NCBI GenBank assembly: GCA_965213975.1
Contig: OZ243930.1
Coordinates: 2,230,390-2,294,389, forward strand
Direction: 5' to 3'
Length of the DNA stretch: 64,000 nucleotides
From: Candidatus Spongiisociaceae bacterium
Lineage (GTDB): Bacteria; Actinomycetota; Acidimicrobiia; Spongiisociales; Spongiisociaceae
This document shows positions 22,584 through 30,440 of the stretch, piece by piece; positions within the stretch are counted from its first letter, which is position 1; each line of letters starts with the position of its first letter. The position numbers were made by a program, and so were the translations under genes. The notes beneath the pieces were generated by a model. It was not told the DNA's origin, did not search any database, and saw only the letters and a list, made by a program, of their open reading frames with translations.

Positions 22584-23155
22584 CGCTGGCCCTCCAGCAG
22601 CTCACGCAGCCGAAGGCGCGCCCGATGCAGACGTATTTTGGATGTCGAAACCGTGATCGACAGGGCATCGGCGATGTCTTTGTGCGACCAACCGTAGACG
22701 TCCTTGAGGATGACGACGGTCCGATGGGGACGAGGCAGTCGGGCGAGTGCGGAATTGAGGTCGGCTCTTAGCTCCGACCTCATTCCCGACGCTTCGGGAT
22801 CGTCTTCTTCGCCTGCCTGAGGCTGGCTGATCATGGAGTCAAGATGGTAGGTACGCTTTCGGGCCGCGGTTCCTTTGAGGGTCCAGGCGACGTTCACGGT
22901 GATCCGGTAGAGCCAGGTCGAAAACGCAGCTTCTCCCCGGAAGGTGCCTATCGCTCGCCAGGCTCGGATAAGAGCTTCTTGTGCTACATCGGCCGCCAGG
23001 GTACGGTCGCCGGTGAGCCGCACCGCCAGGGTGTATACCTCGTGTTGGTAGCGTCTGGCCAGTTCCCCGAAGGCCTCCCTATCCCCGCGCTTTGAACGTT
23101 CGATCAACTCGGGCACTCGGGTCTCGGTGGCCCAGAGGTGCCGCATAGCTCTCAT
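22580..23155 (-). CDS. ECF (sigma-70 family group 4) RNA polymerase sigma factor. The start is assigned to the ATG that overlaps the upstream dehydratase stop (ATGA).
   Basis: Region 2 (YQHEVYTLAVRLTGDRTLAADVAQEALIRAW; FSTWLYRITVN) and region 4 (HRTVVILKDVYGWSHKDIADALSITVSTSKIRLHRARLRLR). Confidence 0.88.
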   Translation of the reverse strand: MRAMRHLWATETRVPELIERSKRGDREAFGELARRYQHEVYTLAVRLTGDRTLAADVAQEALIRAWRAIGTFRGEAAFSTWLYRITVNVAWTLKGTAARKRTYHLDSMISQPQAGEEDDPEASGMRSELRADLNSALARLPRPHRTVVILKDVYGWSHKDIADALSITVSTSKIRLHRARLRLRELLEGQR

Positions 23156-24006
23156 GCGGTCCGTGTCCCGATTCGAGCCACCACGTGATCTCCGGCTGAG
23201 GACGAAACGACGGCGTCGAGGTTGGTTGAGTCCCGCACGGTGGTGGATATGCGTGCCGCCTGATTCGGGTAGAGAGGCTGCTTGAAGCGGAACCGGGCCT
23301 GGGCGAGCGGGTCGGGGCGGTTGATCGCGGCCGTTGCCGGTTGGGTGGCCCATGCGGCCATGAGCAGTCCGTGGCAGATGACTCCTCCCACGCCCGACTC
23401 CACCCCTCGCTGATGATCCCAGTGGACGGCGTTGAAATCGCCGCTGGCGGAAGCGTAACGAATCAGGTCGAGGCGCGAAGCCGATTTTTTCAGCGGGCGC
23501 AGTGACTGTCCCGGCTCGGGAAGAGGCTTGTTGTCTGGCTGCTGGTTCGCCGCTCGAGCCTCGGCAGCGGGTTCGGATCGCTCCGGGGTGCTGGTTGCCG
23601 CCTCGGTGTCACCCATCAAGAAGAGCGACCGAGAGGCCATTATCGGACGGCCCACGTCGTCGTGGGCTTCGATGACAAAGGTAACGAAGGCTGTTCCGGC
23701 TCGTTCTCGAATCCGATCCACGCGGCCGACGACGGTCAGGCTGTCGCCTATTGCCCACGGTCGATGCCAGACAAAGATTTGCTCCCCGTGAATTAGGAGG
23801 CGGGCGTGCGGCCGTACCGCGGGGTCGTTGAGGAAGGGGGCGGCAACCCAGAAGAGCGCGGCACCGGCGAAGGATGGTGGGGCGTGCTCAACCCAGCGGG
23901 TCGGGTCGTCGCCGGTCGCCTTTACATAGGCCGTAACCTGAAGAGGGTTCAGCTCATGGCGGGTGGGACCGTAGGTTCGACCGGCCAGATCCACTGGACC
24001 CATCAC
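23152..24006 (-). CDS. Double hotdog-fold MaoC-like (3R)-hydroxyacyl dehydratase, a fused HadA/HadB-like protein
   Basis: 284 aa. The C-terminal half carries the hydratase-2 motif (ASGDFNAVHWD...GGVICHG) and the N-terminal half is a non-catalytic hotdog. It occupies the locus position of hadABC in mycobacteria, between rpmG and tRNA-Trp-secE. Confidence 0.75.
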   Translation of the reverse strand: MMGPVDLAGRTYGPTRHELNPLQVTAYVKATGDDPTRWVEHAPPSFAGAALFWVAAPFLNDPAVRPHARLLIHGEQIFVWHRPWAIGDSLTVVGRVDRIRERAGTAFVTFVIEAHDDVGRPIMASRSLFLMGDTEAATSTPERSEPAAEARAANQQPDNKPLPEPGQSLRPLKKSASRLDLIRYASASGDFNAVHWDHQRGVESGVGGVICHGLLMAAWATQPATAAINRPDPLAQARFRFKQPLYPNQAARISTTVRDSTNLDAVVSSSAGDHVVARIGTRTA

Positions 24007-24125
24007 TGTCCTATGAGGGTGGCGGGCAAGGCGAAGACGGATCTCGGCTGTCGGTTGCCCGGCCTCTCCGATCTACGGCGCTGGTGCCAGCTGGCCAGCC
24101 GACCGGACATCTCTACGCGACCCTC

Positions 24126-24308
24126 CTAGCGGGTCTCGCGATGCAGCGTGTGACGGCGTAGGAATGGGTTGTACTTCTTGATCGCAAGCCGCCCGGTGGT
24201 GTTGGTGCGATTCTTGGTGGTTATGTAGCGCGATGGAGGCTTGCCCTCGGCCCGCGCTTCGGTGCATTCAAGTGTGATCTTGATGCGGTTTCCTTTTTTC
24301 TTGGCCAT
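24126..24308 (-). CDS. rpmG: 50S ribosomal protein L33 (zinc-independent type)
   Basis: 60 aa reading [18 protein letters not shown]...[33 protein letters not shown]. This is an L33 signature that lacks the CxxC pairs. Confidence 0.9.
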   Translation of the reverse strand: MAKKKGNRIKITLECTEARAEGKPPSRYITTKNRTNTTGRLAIKKYNPFLRRHTLHRETR

Positions 24309-24337
24309 ATCGGGCCTCCCTGCTACAAACTCCGCCG

Positions 24338-25525
24338 CTATTCGATGATTGTGGTTACGGTTCCTGCGCCTACGGTGCGTCCGCCTTCGCGGATAGCGAA
24401 GCGGAGGCCTTCGTCCATAGCGATGGGTGATCCTAGCTGTACTGTGATGGTGGTGTTATCGCCGGGCATGACCATCTCGACGCCTTCGTCGAGGCTGATC
24501 TGGCCGGTAACGTCGGTAGTCCGGAAGTAGAACTGGGGCTGGTATCCCTCAAAGAAGGGGTTATGCCGCCCGCCTTCGTCTTTAGTCAACACGTACACCT
24601 GGGCCACGAAGCGGGTATGGGGAGTGATCGACGACGGCTCGGCTAGGACCTGGCCGCGTTCGACCTCGTTTTTGCCGACCCCCCGCAACAGCACCCCAAC
24701 ATTATCGCCCGCCTGGCCTTCGTCTAAGAGCTTGCGGAACATTTCCACGCCGGTAGCGACCGTACGACGCGTCTCGCGGATACCCACAATCTCTACCTGT
24801 TCGCCCACCCGAACGATCCCCGACTCCACCTTGCCCGTAACCACCGTACCCCGCCCCGTAATCGAGAACACATCCTCAATAGGCATCAAAAACGGGCGAT
24901 CCACCGGACGGTCCGGGACCGGCACATACGTATCCACCGCCTCCATCAACTCCAACACCCCCGCAGCCGCCCCACCGTCGCCCTCCAACGCACCCAAAGC
25001 CGACACCCGCACCACCGGCACATCATCACCAGGAAAATCATACGAATCCAACAACTCCCGAACCTCTAACTCCACCAACTCCAACAACTCCTCATCATCA
25101 ACCAAATCGACCTTATTCAACGCCACCACAATACAAGGCACCCCCACCTGACGCGCCAACAACACATGCTCCCGAGTCTGGGGCATCGGACCATCAGCCG
25201 CCGACACCACCAACACCGCCCCATCAACCTGCGCCGCCCCCGTAATCATATTCTTAATATAATCAGCATGACCAGGCATATCCACATGCGCGTAATGCCG
25301 AGACTCCGTCTCATACTCCACATGCGCGATAGCAATAGTAATCCCCCGCTCACGCTCCTCAGGCGCCTTATCAATATCATCAAACACCGTAAACACATTA
25401 CCATCAACCCGCTCCGACAACACCCGCGTAATCGCCGCCGTCAACGTCGTCTTCCCATGATCAATATGCCCCATAGTCCCCACATTCAAATGAGGCTTCA
25501 CCCGAACAAACCGCTCCTTAGCCAT
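24338..25525 (-). CDS. tuf: Elongation factor Tu. Start assigned to MAKERF...; the listed ORF extends upstream to 25588.
   Basis: [18 protein letters not shown] and NKVD GTPase motifs; ~396 aa. Confidence 0.97.
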   Translation of the reverse strand: MAKERFVRVKPHLNVGTMGHIDHGKTTLTAAITRVLSERVDGNVFTVFDDIDKAPEERERGITIAIAHVEYETESRHYAHVDMPGHADYIKNMITGAAQVDGAVLVVSAADGPMPQTREHVLLARQVGVPCIVVALNKVDLVDDEELLELVELEVRELLDSYDFPGDDVPVVRVSALGALEGDGGAAAGVLELMEAVDTYVPVPDRPVDRPFLMPIEDVFSITGRGTVVTGKVESGIVRVGEQVEIVGIRETRRTVATGVEMFRKLLDEGQAGDNVGVLLRGVGKNEVERGQVLAEPSSITPHTRFVAQVYVLTKDEGGRHNPFFEGYQPQFYFRTTDVTGQISLDEGVEMVMPGDNTTITVQLGSPIAMDEGLRFAIREGGRTVGAGTVTTIIE

Positions 25526-25603
25526 AACCAAACACTCCTTGTGGGTTAGAACATTGTGTGGTGTTTCAGCGAACCGCCCGCATGACACGCGAGGACTCCG
25601 CGG

Positions 25604-25677
25604 TAGCGGCGGGCAGACTCGAACTGCCGACCTCTCGATTATGAGTCGAGCGCTCTTACCAACTGAGCTACGCCGCC
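25604..25677 (-). tRNA. metT: tRNA-Met (anticodon CAT, elongator type)
   Basis: Reverse complement reads GGCGGCGTAGCTCAGTTGGTAAGAGCGCTCGACTCATAATCGAGAGGTCGGCAGTTCGAGTCTGCCCGCCGCTA. It folds as a cloverleaf with anticodon loop CTCATAA. The anticodon stem is not the initiator-type GGG/CCC. Confidence 0.85.
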
Positions 25678-25712
25678 GCGTCGATCAACCGCACGGTTTC
25701 GATCGTCGCCCG

Positions 25713-25786
25713 AGCCCCCTTCCGGATTCGAACCGGAGACCTCCTCCTTACCATGGAGGCGCTCTGGCCTACTGAGCTAAGGGGGC
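25713..25786 (-). tRNA. thrT: tRNA-Thr (anticodon GGT)
   Basis: Reverse complement reads GCCCCCTTAGCTCAGTAGGCCAGAGCGCCTCCATGGTAAGGAGGAGGTCTCCGGTTCGAATCCGGAAGGGGGCT, with anticodon loop CCATGGTAA. Confidence 0.88.
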
Positions 25787-25821
25787 GTACCCGGCGAGCT
25801 TCAGTTCGCCCACCGGACGGG

Positions 25822-25904
25822 TGCCGGGAGAAGGATTCGAACCTCCGTAGGCATCTACCGGCAGATTTACAGTCTGCTCCCTTTGGCCGCTCGGGCATCC
25901 CGGC
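25822..25904 (-). tRNA. tyrT: tRNA-Tyr (anticodon GTA, with a long variable arm)
   Basis: Reverse complement reads GCCGGGATGCCCGAGCGGCCAAAGGGAGCAGACTGTAAATCTGCCGGTAGATGCCTACGGAGGTTCGAATCCTTCTCCCGGCA. It closely matches the E. coli tRNA-Tyr architecture. Confidence 0.88.
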
Positions 25905-26025
25905 AAAGTGCGCTGATCCCGAATCGGATCGGGTAGCTACGGAATCCTAGCGGCTCCGGAACAGCACAGTAGCCTGATAATAGCCGGTACTAGGCCCATA
26001 CTGACCGTTGTAGGCCAAGGCTGGG

Positions 26026-26880
26026 TCAGAATCGGTAGTGCATCTCCTCGAGCCGCTTGATCCTCTCCTGGATAGGCGGGTGGGTGGAGAACAGAGCTCC
26101 CCGGCTTCCTCCTCGTCGGCCGAAGGCTTTGAGCGGATCAGCTATGAACAGCTGGCTGACCGCCGGGTTGACCTCCATCGGCGTCCGGGTACCGGCGGTG
26201 TCAATCTTTTCCAGTGCCCGGGCGAGGCTGAGCGGTTGGCCAGTCATCCCCGCCCCAGAGGCGTCGGCCTGGTACTCGCGCGCTCGTGAGATTGCCATCT
26301 TGATGATCATCCCGGCTATCGGTGCCAGGATCATCGCGGCTATTGCGATAAACAGCCCGGCCGGGTTGTTCCGGTCCCGCCCACCGCCGAACCAGAAGGC
26401 GATCCGGCTGAAGATGGTGAGGGCGGCGGCCAGCATCGCCGCTACAGACGAGATCAGGATATCCCGATTACGGACGTGGGAGAGTTCGTGGGCGAGCACT
26501 CCTTCCAACTCGTCCTCCCTCATGATCTGGAGGATGCCGGTGGTTACCGCCACGGCTGCGTGTTTGGGATTCCGTCCGGTGGCAAAGGCGTTGGGCTGCG
26601 GGGATTCGATCAGATGGATCGAAGGCACGGGCATATCCGCCTGAGCGGCTAGGCGGCGGACCATGGCGTAGACCTGAGGCAAGTCCTGCTCCGAAACCGG
26701 CTTCGCTCGGCTCATCGAAAGGGCTAGCTTGGCGGAGAAGAAGTAGGCCCCTAGGTTCAGCACCGCGGCGAATCCCAGCCCGATAATGATCCCCTGGGAT
26801 CCACCGAACATCCACATACCGAGCCACCAGACGAGGGTGGTCATGAGGCTGAGCAGGGCAACCGTCTTGAGCGTGTTCAC
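26026..26880 (-). CDS. htpX: Zinc metalloprotease HtpX (M48 family). A GTG start at VNTLKT... is proposed; the listed ORF extends upstream to 27006.
   Basis: HEXXH zinc motif (LAHELSHVRNRD) and four predicted transmembrane segments. It is collinear with mycobacterial HtpX, including the C-terminal ...FSTHPPIQERIKRLE. Confidence 0.9.
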   Translation of the reverse strand: MNTLKTVALLSLMTTLVWWLGMWMFGGSQGIIIGLGFAAVLNLGAYFFSAKLALSMSRAKPVSEQDLPQVYAMVRRLAAQADMPVPSIHLIESPQPNAFATGRNPKHAAVAVTTGILQIMREDELEGVLAHELSHVRNRDILISSVAAMLAAALTIFSRIAFWFGGGRDRNNPAGLFIAIAAMILAPIAGMIIKMAISRAREYQADASGAGMTGQPLSLARALEKIDTAGTRTPMEVNPAVSQLFIADPLKAFGRRGGSRGALFSTHPPIQERIKRLEEMHYRF

Positions 26881-27197
26881 GGCTTGTGATCCTAGTGCCA
26901 CCTGGCACCAACCCCGGATTCCTGGCAAGGGATTGGACGGCGGCCAGCGGCCAGTTGGGGCCTTGGTAGGTTCGGGTGTCGTCGGCCCGCTTAGTTGAGT
27001 GGGCATTTGCCAGCCGGATCGGGGTCCCGCATCGGTCGGTTGGGGGTGTGTTTCTGCTCGGTATCAGACCCGAACTAGAGCGGCTAAGGCCCGTACTGGT
27101 GGGCTTCTCCTGGTGGACTTCCGAAGCTATCCGTGCACGCTATCGGGACAATCAGAGTCGGCCGCGCGGTCGGCCGGAGCGAAAGAGGGGGAGGTGA

Positions 27198-27420
27198 CGT
27201 CAAGGGGGTTGTCTTTGTCTTGGGGTTGTTATACGGTGCCCGTTGCTAAGCACCGATTCCGGCTTTGTTGAGGCAGTTGCGACCGATCGGAAACAGCCGG
27301 ACCTTTGGGAACATCAATCTTGTAGAGCTAAGGCCCCAGCGTCTCCCGGCTTCAGTCCGGGCATGGCCGACCACGCTCCGAACCTGGTGGTGTGAGGCGG
27401 GGGTGGGGCCCGGCGAAGCC
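27198..27420 (+). repeat. Copy A of a roughly 220-bp intergenic repeat family of unknown nature. Four copies occur in this window.
   Basis: It is nearly identical to 52783..53006 and to the reverse complement of 61736..61954. It carries the core ...TTGCTAAGCACC...CCGGCTTGTTGAGGCAGTTGCGACCGATCGGAAACAGCCGG...CAGCGTCTCCCGGCTTCAGTCCGGGCATGGCCGACCACGCTCCGAA...GGTGGTGTGAGGCGGGGGTGGGGCCC.GCGAAGC. Indels between copies break every reading frame, so it is non-coding. Confidence 0.85.
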
Positions 27421-27527
27421 GAGTCTCGCGCGGGTGGCGGCTCACGGGTGTCAGCCAATGCGTTGGAACGCCTCTGTAGCTGACACCTCTGTTGCAACAC
27501 ATTGGACTGGCGGGGTTGGTAGGAGCT

Positions 27528-28637
27528 CTAGCGCCGTGCCGACAACACCATGAAGTCCCCTAGACCCCGGGGATGGAGCAGGGTCTCAATCTCCTTTACC
27601 TTGCTGCGCAGCCGGAGTCGGTCCTGCCAGTTGCCCGCCCGAGCCGCTTCCAACTCTTGGTGTCGGAGAAAGCGGCGGCGTTCCTCAAGCCCCAGACGGT
27701 TGAGAAGCTCGCGCTGGCGGAGAAGTTCGCATTCCATTCCTTTTTCGGACGCAATGGACATGAGGGCCGAGAAGTTCACATCGGCCGTGAGGTCGGTTCG
27801 TCCCGGCGCGTCTAGGGGGTGGGGGCCGAGATGATGATCTCGGTAGGTGCGAAGGGTTCCCTCGCGTCGCCGCCCCCGTAGGCCAGCGGCGGTGTCTCCG
27901 TAGTCGATCACCAGAATAGAGCCCGCCTCGATCCGGTCTATCCGACGCTTCAGCCAGGCCGAAGCGGCGAGTTGGCATTCCACTACCCCTCCCTCAGGGG
28001 TGTCTCCGGCGAACGTATCCAGCCAGGCCACGACCTCCGGCCTAGCGGGAACCTCGGCAAAGGCGAATTTCCCGGCGGCGGCTTCCACCCAAAGTTCCCG
28101 CCAGTCCCCCGCTCGTCGCACCGCCAACGCCATGGGCAGGTTGTCAACCAGCTCGTTGGCTATCACCACCCCGTGCAACAGGCCTAGTGTTTCTCCGGGC
28201 TGGAATACCTCGACCTGAGGTAGCCGAGCCCGGATGGACGCTCTGGCCACCCTTGAGGCCTCGACCGCAACCGTTCGCGGCTTGAGCGAAGTGTGTTTGA
28301 GCAACGGTTCGAGGAGAGAACCCGACCCGGCACCTACCTCCACCAACGTGAAGTCTGTAGGCGATCCGAGCCGCCGATGCTCCGCTTCCACGTAGTTGGC
28401 AAGGGCGGCACCGAATTCGGGGCTTGTCTCCGGGCTGGTAAGAAAGTCCCCGTCAACATGGGATCGGAGGGGACCGGCGGCGAAATACCCGAAGGTGGGG
28501 TCGTAGAGGGAGATCTCCATGAAGCGCTCGAACGGAACGGGGCATTCTTCGAGAAGGATGCTGAGGAGGGCAGCGTCAAGTCGGTCCTCGACCTCATAGA
28601 GGGCGGGTTGCTGCCGATCATCGGGCTGGCCAGACAC
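27528..28637 (-). CDS. SAM-dependent methyltransferase of the MidA/NDUFAF7 (DUF185) family
   Basis: 369 aa. N-terminal motif ISLYDPTFGYFAAG...GDFLTSPETSPEFG and a Rossmann motif (LVEVGAGSGSL), typical of COG1565. Confidence 0.75.
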   Translation of the reverse strand: MSGQPDDRQQPALYEVEDRLDAALLSILLEECPVPFERFMEISLYDPTFGYFAAGPLRSHVDGDFLTSPETSPEFGAALANYVEAEHRRLGSPTDFTLVEVGAGSGSLLEPLLKHTSLKPRTVAVEASRVARASIRARLPQVEVFQPGETLGLLHGVVIANELVDNLPMALAVRRAGDWRELWVEAAAGKFAFAEVPARPEVVAWLDTFAGDTPEGGVVECQLAASAWLKRRIDRIEAGSILVIDYGDTAAGLRGRRREGTLRTYRDHHLGPHPLDAPGRTDLTADVNFSALMSIASEKGMECELLRQRELLNRLGLEERRRFLRHQELEAARAGNWQDRLRLRSKVKEIETLLHPRGLGDFMVLSARR

Positions 28638-28719
28638 CTCGCGGTGCTCCTTCCCGGGGGATTATCTCGACGGCCTGGTCCTGGCGCTCTACCGGGGTGT
28701 TACCTCCCACCCGGGGACC

Positions 28720-29571
28720 CTACAACCGCGGCAAGAGGGCGTCGAAGAGGGACTTGAGCTTGGCGGCGGCCTCGTCGGCGGTCGCGATTACTTCCTGATG
28801 GGTGATCTCTCGTCCGGCTAGCCCTGCGGCCTTGTTGGTGCACAGTGAGATGCCCAGGACGTCCGCCCCCATGTGACGAGCGGCGATTGCTTCGGGCACG
28901 GTAGACATACCAATCACGTCGGCCCCCAACGCGATCGCCATGCGGATCTCTGCGGGCGTCTCGAACATTGGTCCCCTCCACCACATGTACACGCCTTCGC
29001 GAAGATCGATTCCCAAACCGGACGCTACCTCTCGGGCCAGGGAACGCAGCCGGGGAGAGTACACGTCGGTCATGTCGGGGAACCGAGTCCCCAGACGCTC
29101 GTCGTTCGGACCCCTCAAAGGCCCCAAACCCGACGGGTTGATGTGATCGGATAGAAGAACCAGATCCCCTGGCTCCAGCTCGGGGGCACAGCCGCCGGAA
29201 GCGTTGGTGAGCACCACCGTACGGACGCCAGCCATGATGGCGACCCGGACGGGGAAGACGATCTCGGCGGGTTCGTAACCCTCGTAGTGATGCACGCGAC
29301 CCGAATAGAGCAGGACCCGAACTCCGTCCAAATCGATCGAGTAGGCGGTTCCCGCATGGCCGATGGCCGAGGGAATCGGGAAGCCGGGTAGGTCCGCATA
29401 CGGGACCGCTACCGCATCATCGAGAGTGTCCGGGTAGGTACCTAGTCCTGAACCCAACACCGCCACGACGTCGTGGCGATCCTGCCCGGTTAGCCGACTG
29501 AGGACCGCGGCCGCTTCGACCAGGCGATCGTGTTCGGCCGGGCTGGCCGAATCCCACTCAACCATGGACAA
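28720..29571 (-). CDS. punA: Purine nucleoside phosphorylase, PunA type (trimeric PNP/MTAP family)
   Basis: 283 aa, collinear with mycobacterial PunA (VLGSGLG...GHAG...VVLTNASGG...GMSTVPEAIAARHMGADVLGISLCTNKAAG). Confidence 0.88.
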   Translation of the reverse strand: MSMVEWDSASPAEHDRLVEAAAVLSRLTGQDRHDVVAVLGSGLGTYPDTLDDAVAVPYADLPGFPIPSAIGHAGTAYSIDLDGVRVLLYSGRVHHYEGYEPAEIVFPVRVAIMAGVRTVVLTNASGGCAPELEPGDLVLLSDHINPSGLGPLRGPNDERLGTRFPDMTDVYSPRLRSLAREVASGLGIDLREGVYMWWRGPMFETPAEIRMAIALGADVIGMSTVPEAIAARHMGADVLGISLCTNKAAGLAGREITHQEVIATADEAAAKLKSLFDALLPRL

Positions 29572-30280
29572 GGGCGCTAAGGCCTAACCCGATCATGTCC
29601 TCTACGGCGTCATATACCACCTGCCGATGGGGATCGTAGTTCTCGTCACCGTGAATCGGGTTGCCGTCCACCGTTAGCAACGCCCCGGTCTTAAGGCCGT
29701 TCAGGAAACCGTTGATGAAGAGAGCGGCACATTCCATCTCGACGGCGATGGCACCAGCCGTGTGCCACAACTCAAGTTCACCGCTGAGAACCGGACCCGG
29801 ATAGAAGAGGGAGGTGGTCAGCACCACACCTTCGTGGGCGGATCGGCCTGACCCGGATATTGCTTCTCGGATGGCTACGACCGCATCTACCGAGGCGAGA
29901 GCGGGGAAGGCTACGGGTAAGAGGCGGTCGGTTACCCCGTCGGCGCGTACCGCTCCGGCGACAACCACCAGATCGCCATCCTGCACCTCTCTGGCGATCC
30001 CACCGCACGTCCCGGTCCGGATGATGAAGCGAGCCCCGGCCTGCGCTAACTCTTCAAACGCGATAACTGCTCCTGATGACCCTACCCCGTGCGAGGCCAC
30101 CGCCACGTCAACACCTTCGAACCTTCCCCGATAGGTTGTGTATTCCCTGAAGCTGCCCAGCAGTCGGGTGTCGTCAAGGTGTTCTGACGCTTGTCGGGCC
30201 CGGGCCGGATCGCCCATAACCAGTACCCGTTCGGGGAGCTCATCAGGGTCAATTCTTAGTACAGGGGTCTTTTCTGCCAT
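29558..30280 (-). CDS. Nucleoside phosphorylase of the PNP/UDP family 1 (hexameric DeoD/Udp type)
   Basis: 240 aa. VLVMGDPARARQASEHL corresponds to the DeoD motif VLMPGDPLRAKYIAE, and GAIAVEMECAALF corresponds to GVEMEAAGIYG. It overlaps punA by 14 bp. Confidence 0.8.
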   Translation of the reverse strand: MAEKTPVLRIDPDELPERVLVMGDPARARQASEHLDDTRLLGSFREYTTYRGRFEGVDVAVASHGVGSSGAVIAFEELAQAGARFIIRTGTCGGIAREVQDGDLVVVAGAVRADGVTDRLLPVAFPALASVDAVVAIREAISGSGRSAHEGVVLTTSLFYPGPVLSGELELWHTAGAIAVEMECAALFINGFLNGLKTGALLTVDGNPIHGDENYDPHRQVVYDAVEDMIGLGLSALVHG

Positions 30281-30440
30281 CGGTACCTCGATCCATCGCG
30301 AATTACGGTCACTACCCGTTCAGCATCGGCGGTTCAAGCAATGCGCCGGTGGTCGTTGATTATGTCACGGATGGGTCGTCGGTGGTGACGGGCGGCACCA
30401 AGCCGGAGGAGCCGCTCGCGCGCCGGTGGCACCTGAGATC

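Noticed and set aside
22216-22668. A 150-aa ORF overlapping the 3' end of the ECF sigma gene, as an alternative anti-sigma candidate
   Set aside because: The 22191..22583 frame carries the HxxxCxxC ZAS motif and a transmembrane helix, and it starts exactly at the sigma stop (GTGA). The 22216..22668 frame is Arg-rich low-complexity and overlaps sigma region 4.
27265-27483. Small ORFs inside the repeat copies (MLRQLRPIGN...WCEAGVGP; MADHAPKRWCEAGVGP; MANHAQKRRCEAGVGP), suggesting a repeated small-protein gene
   Set aside because: The shared peptide segments fall in different frames and lengths in each copy because of indels, and the start and stop positions are not conserved. The repeat is therefore treated as non-coding.
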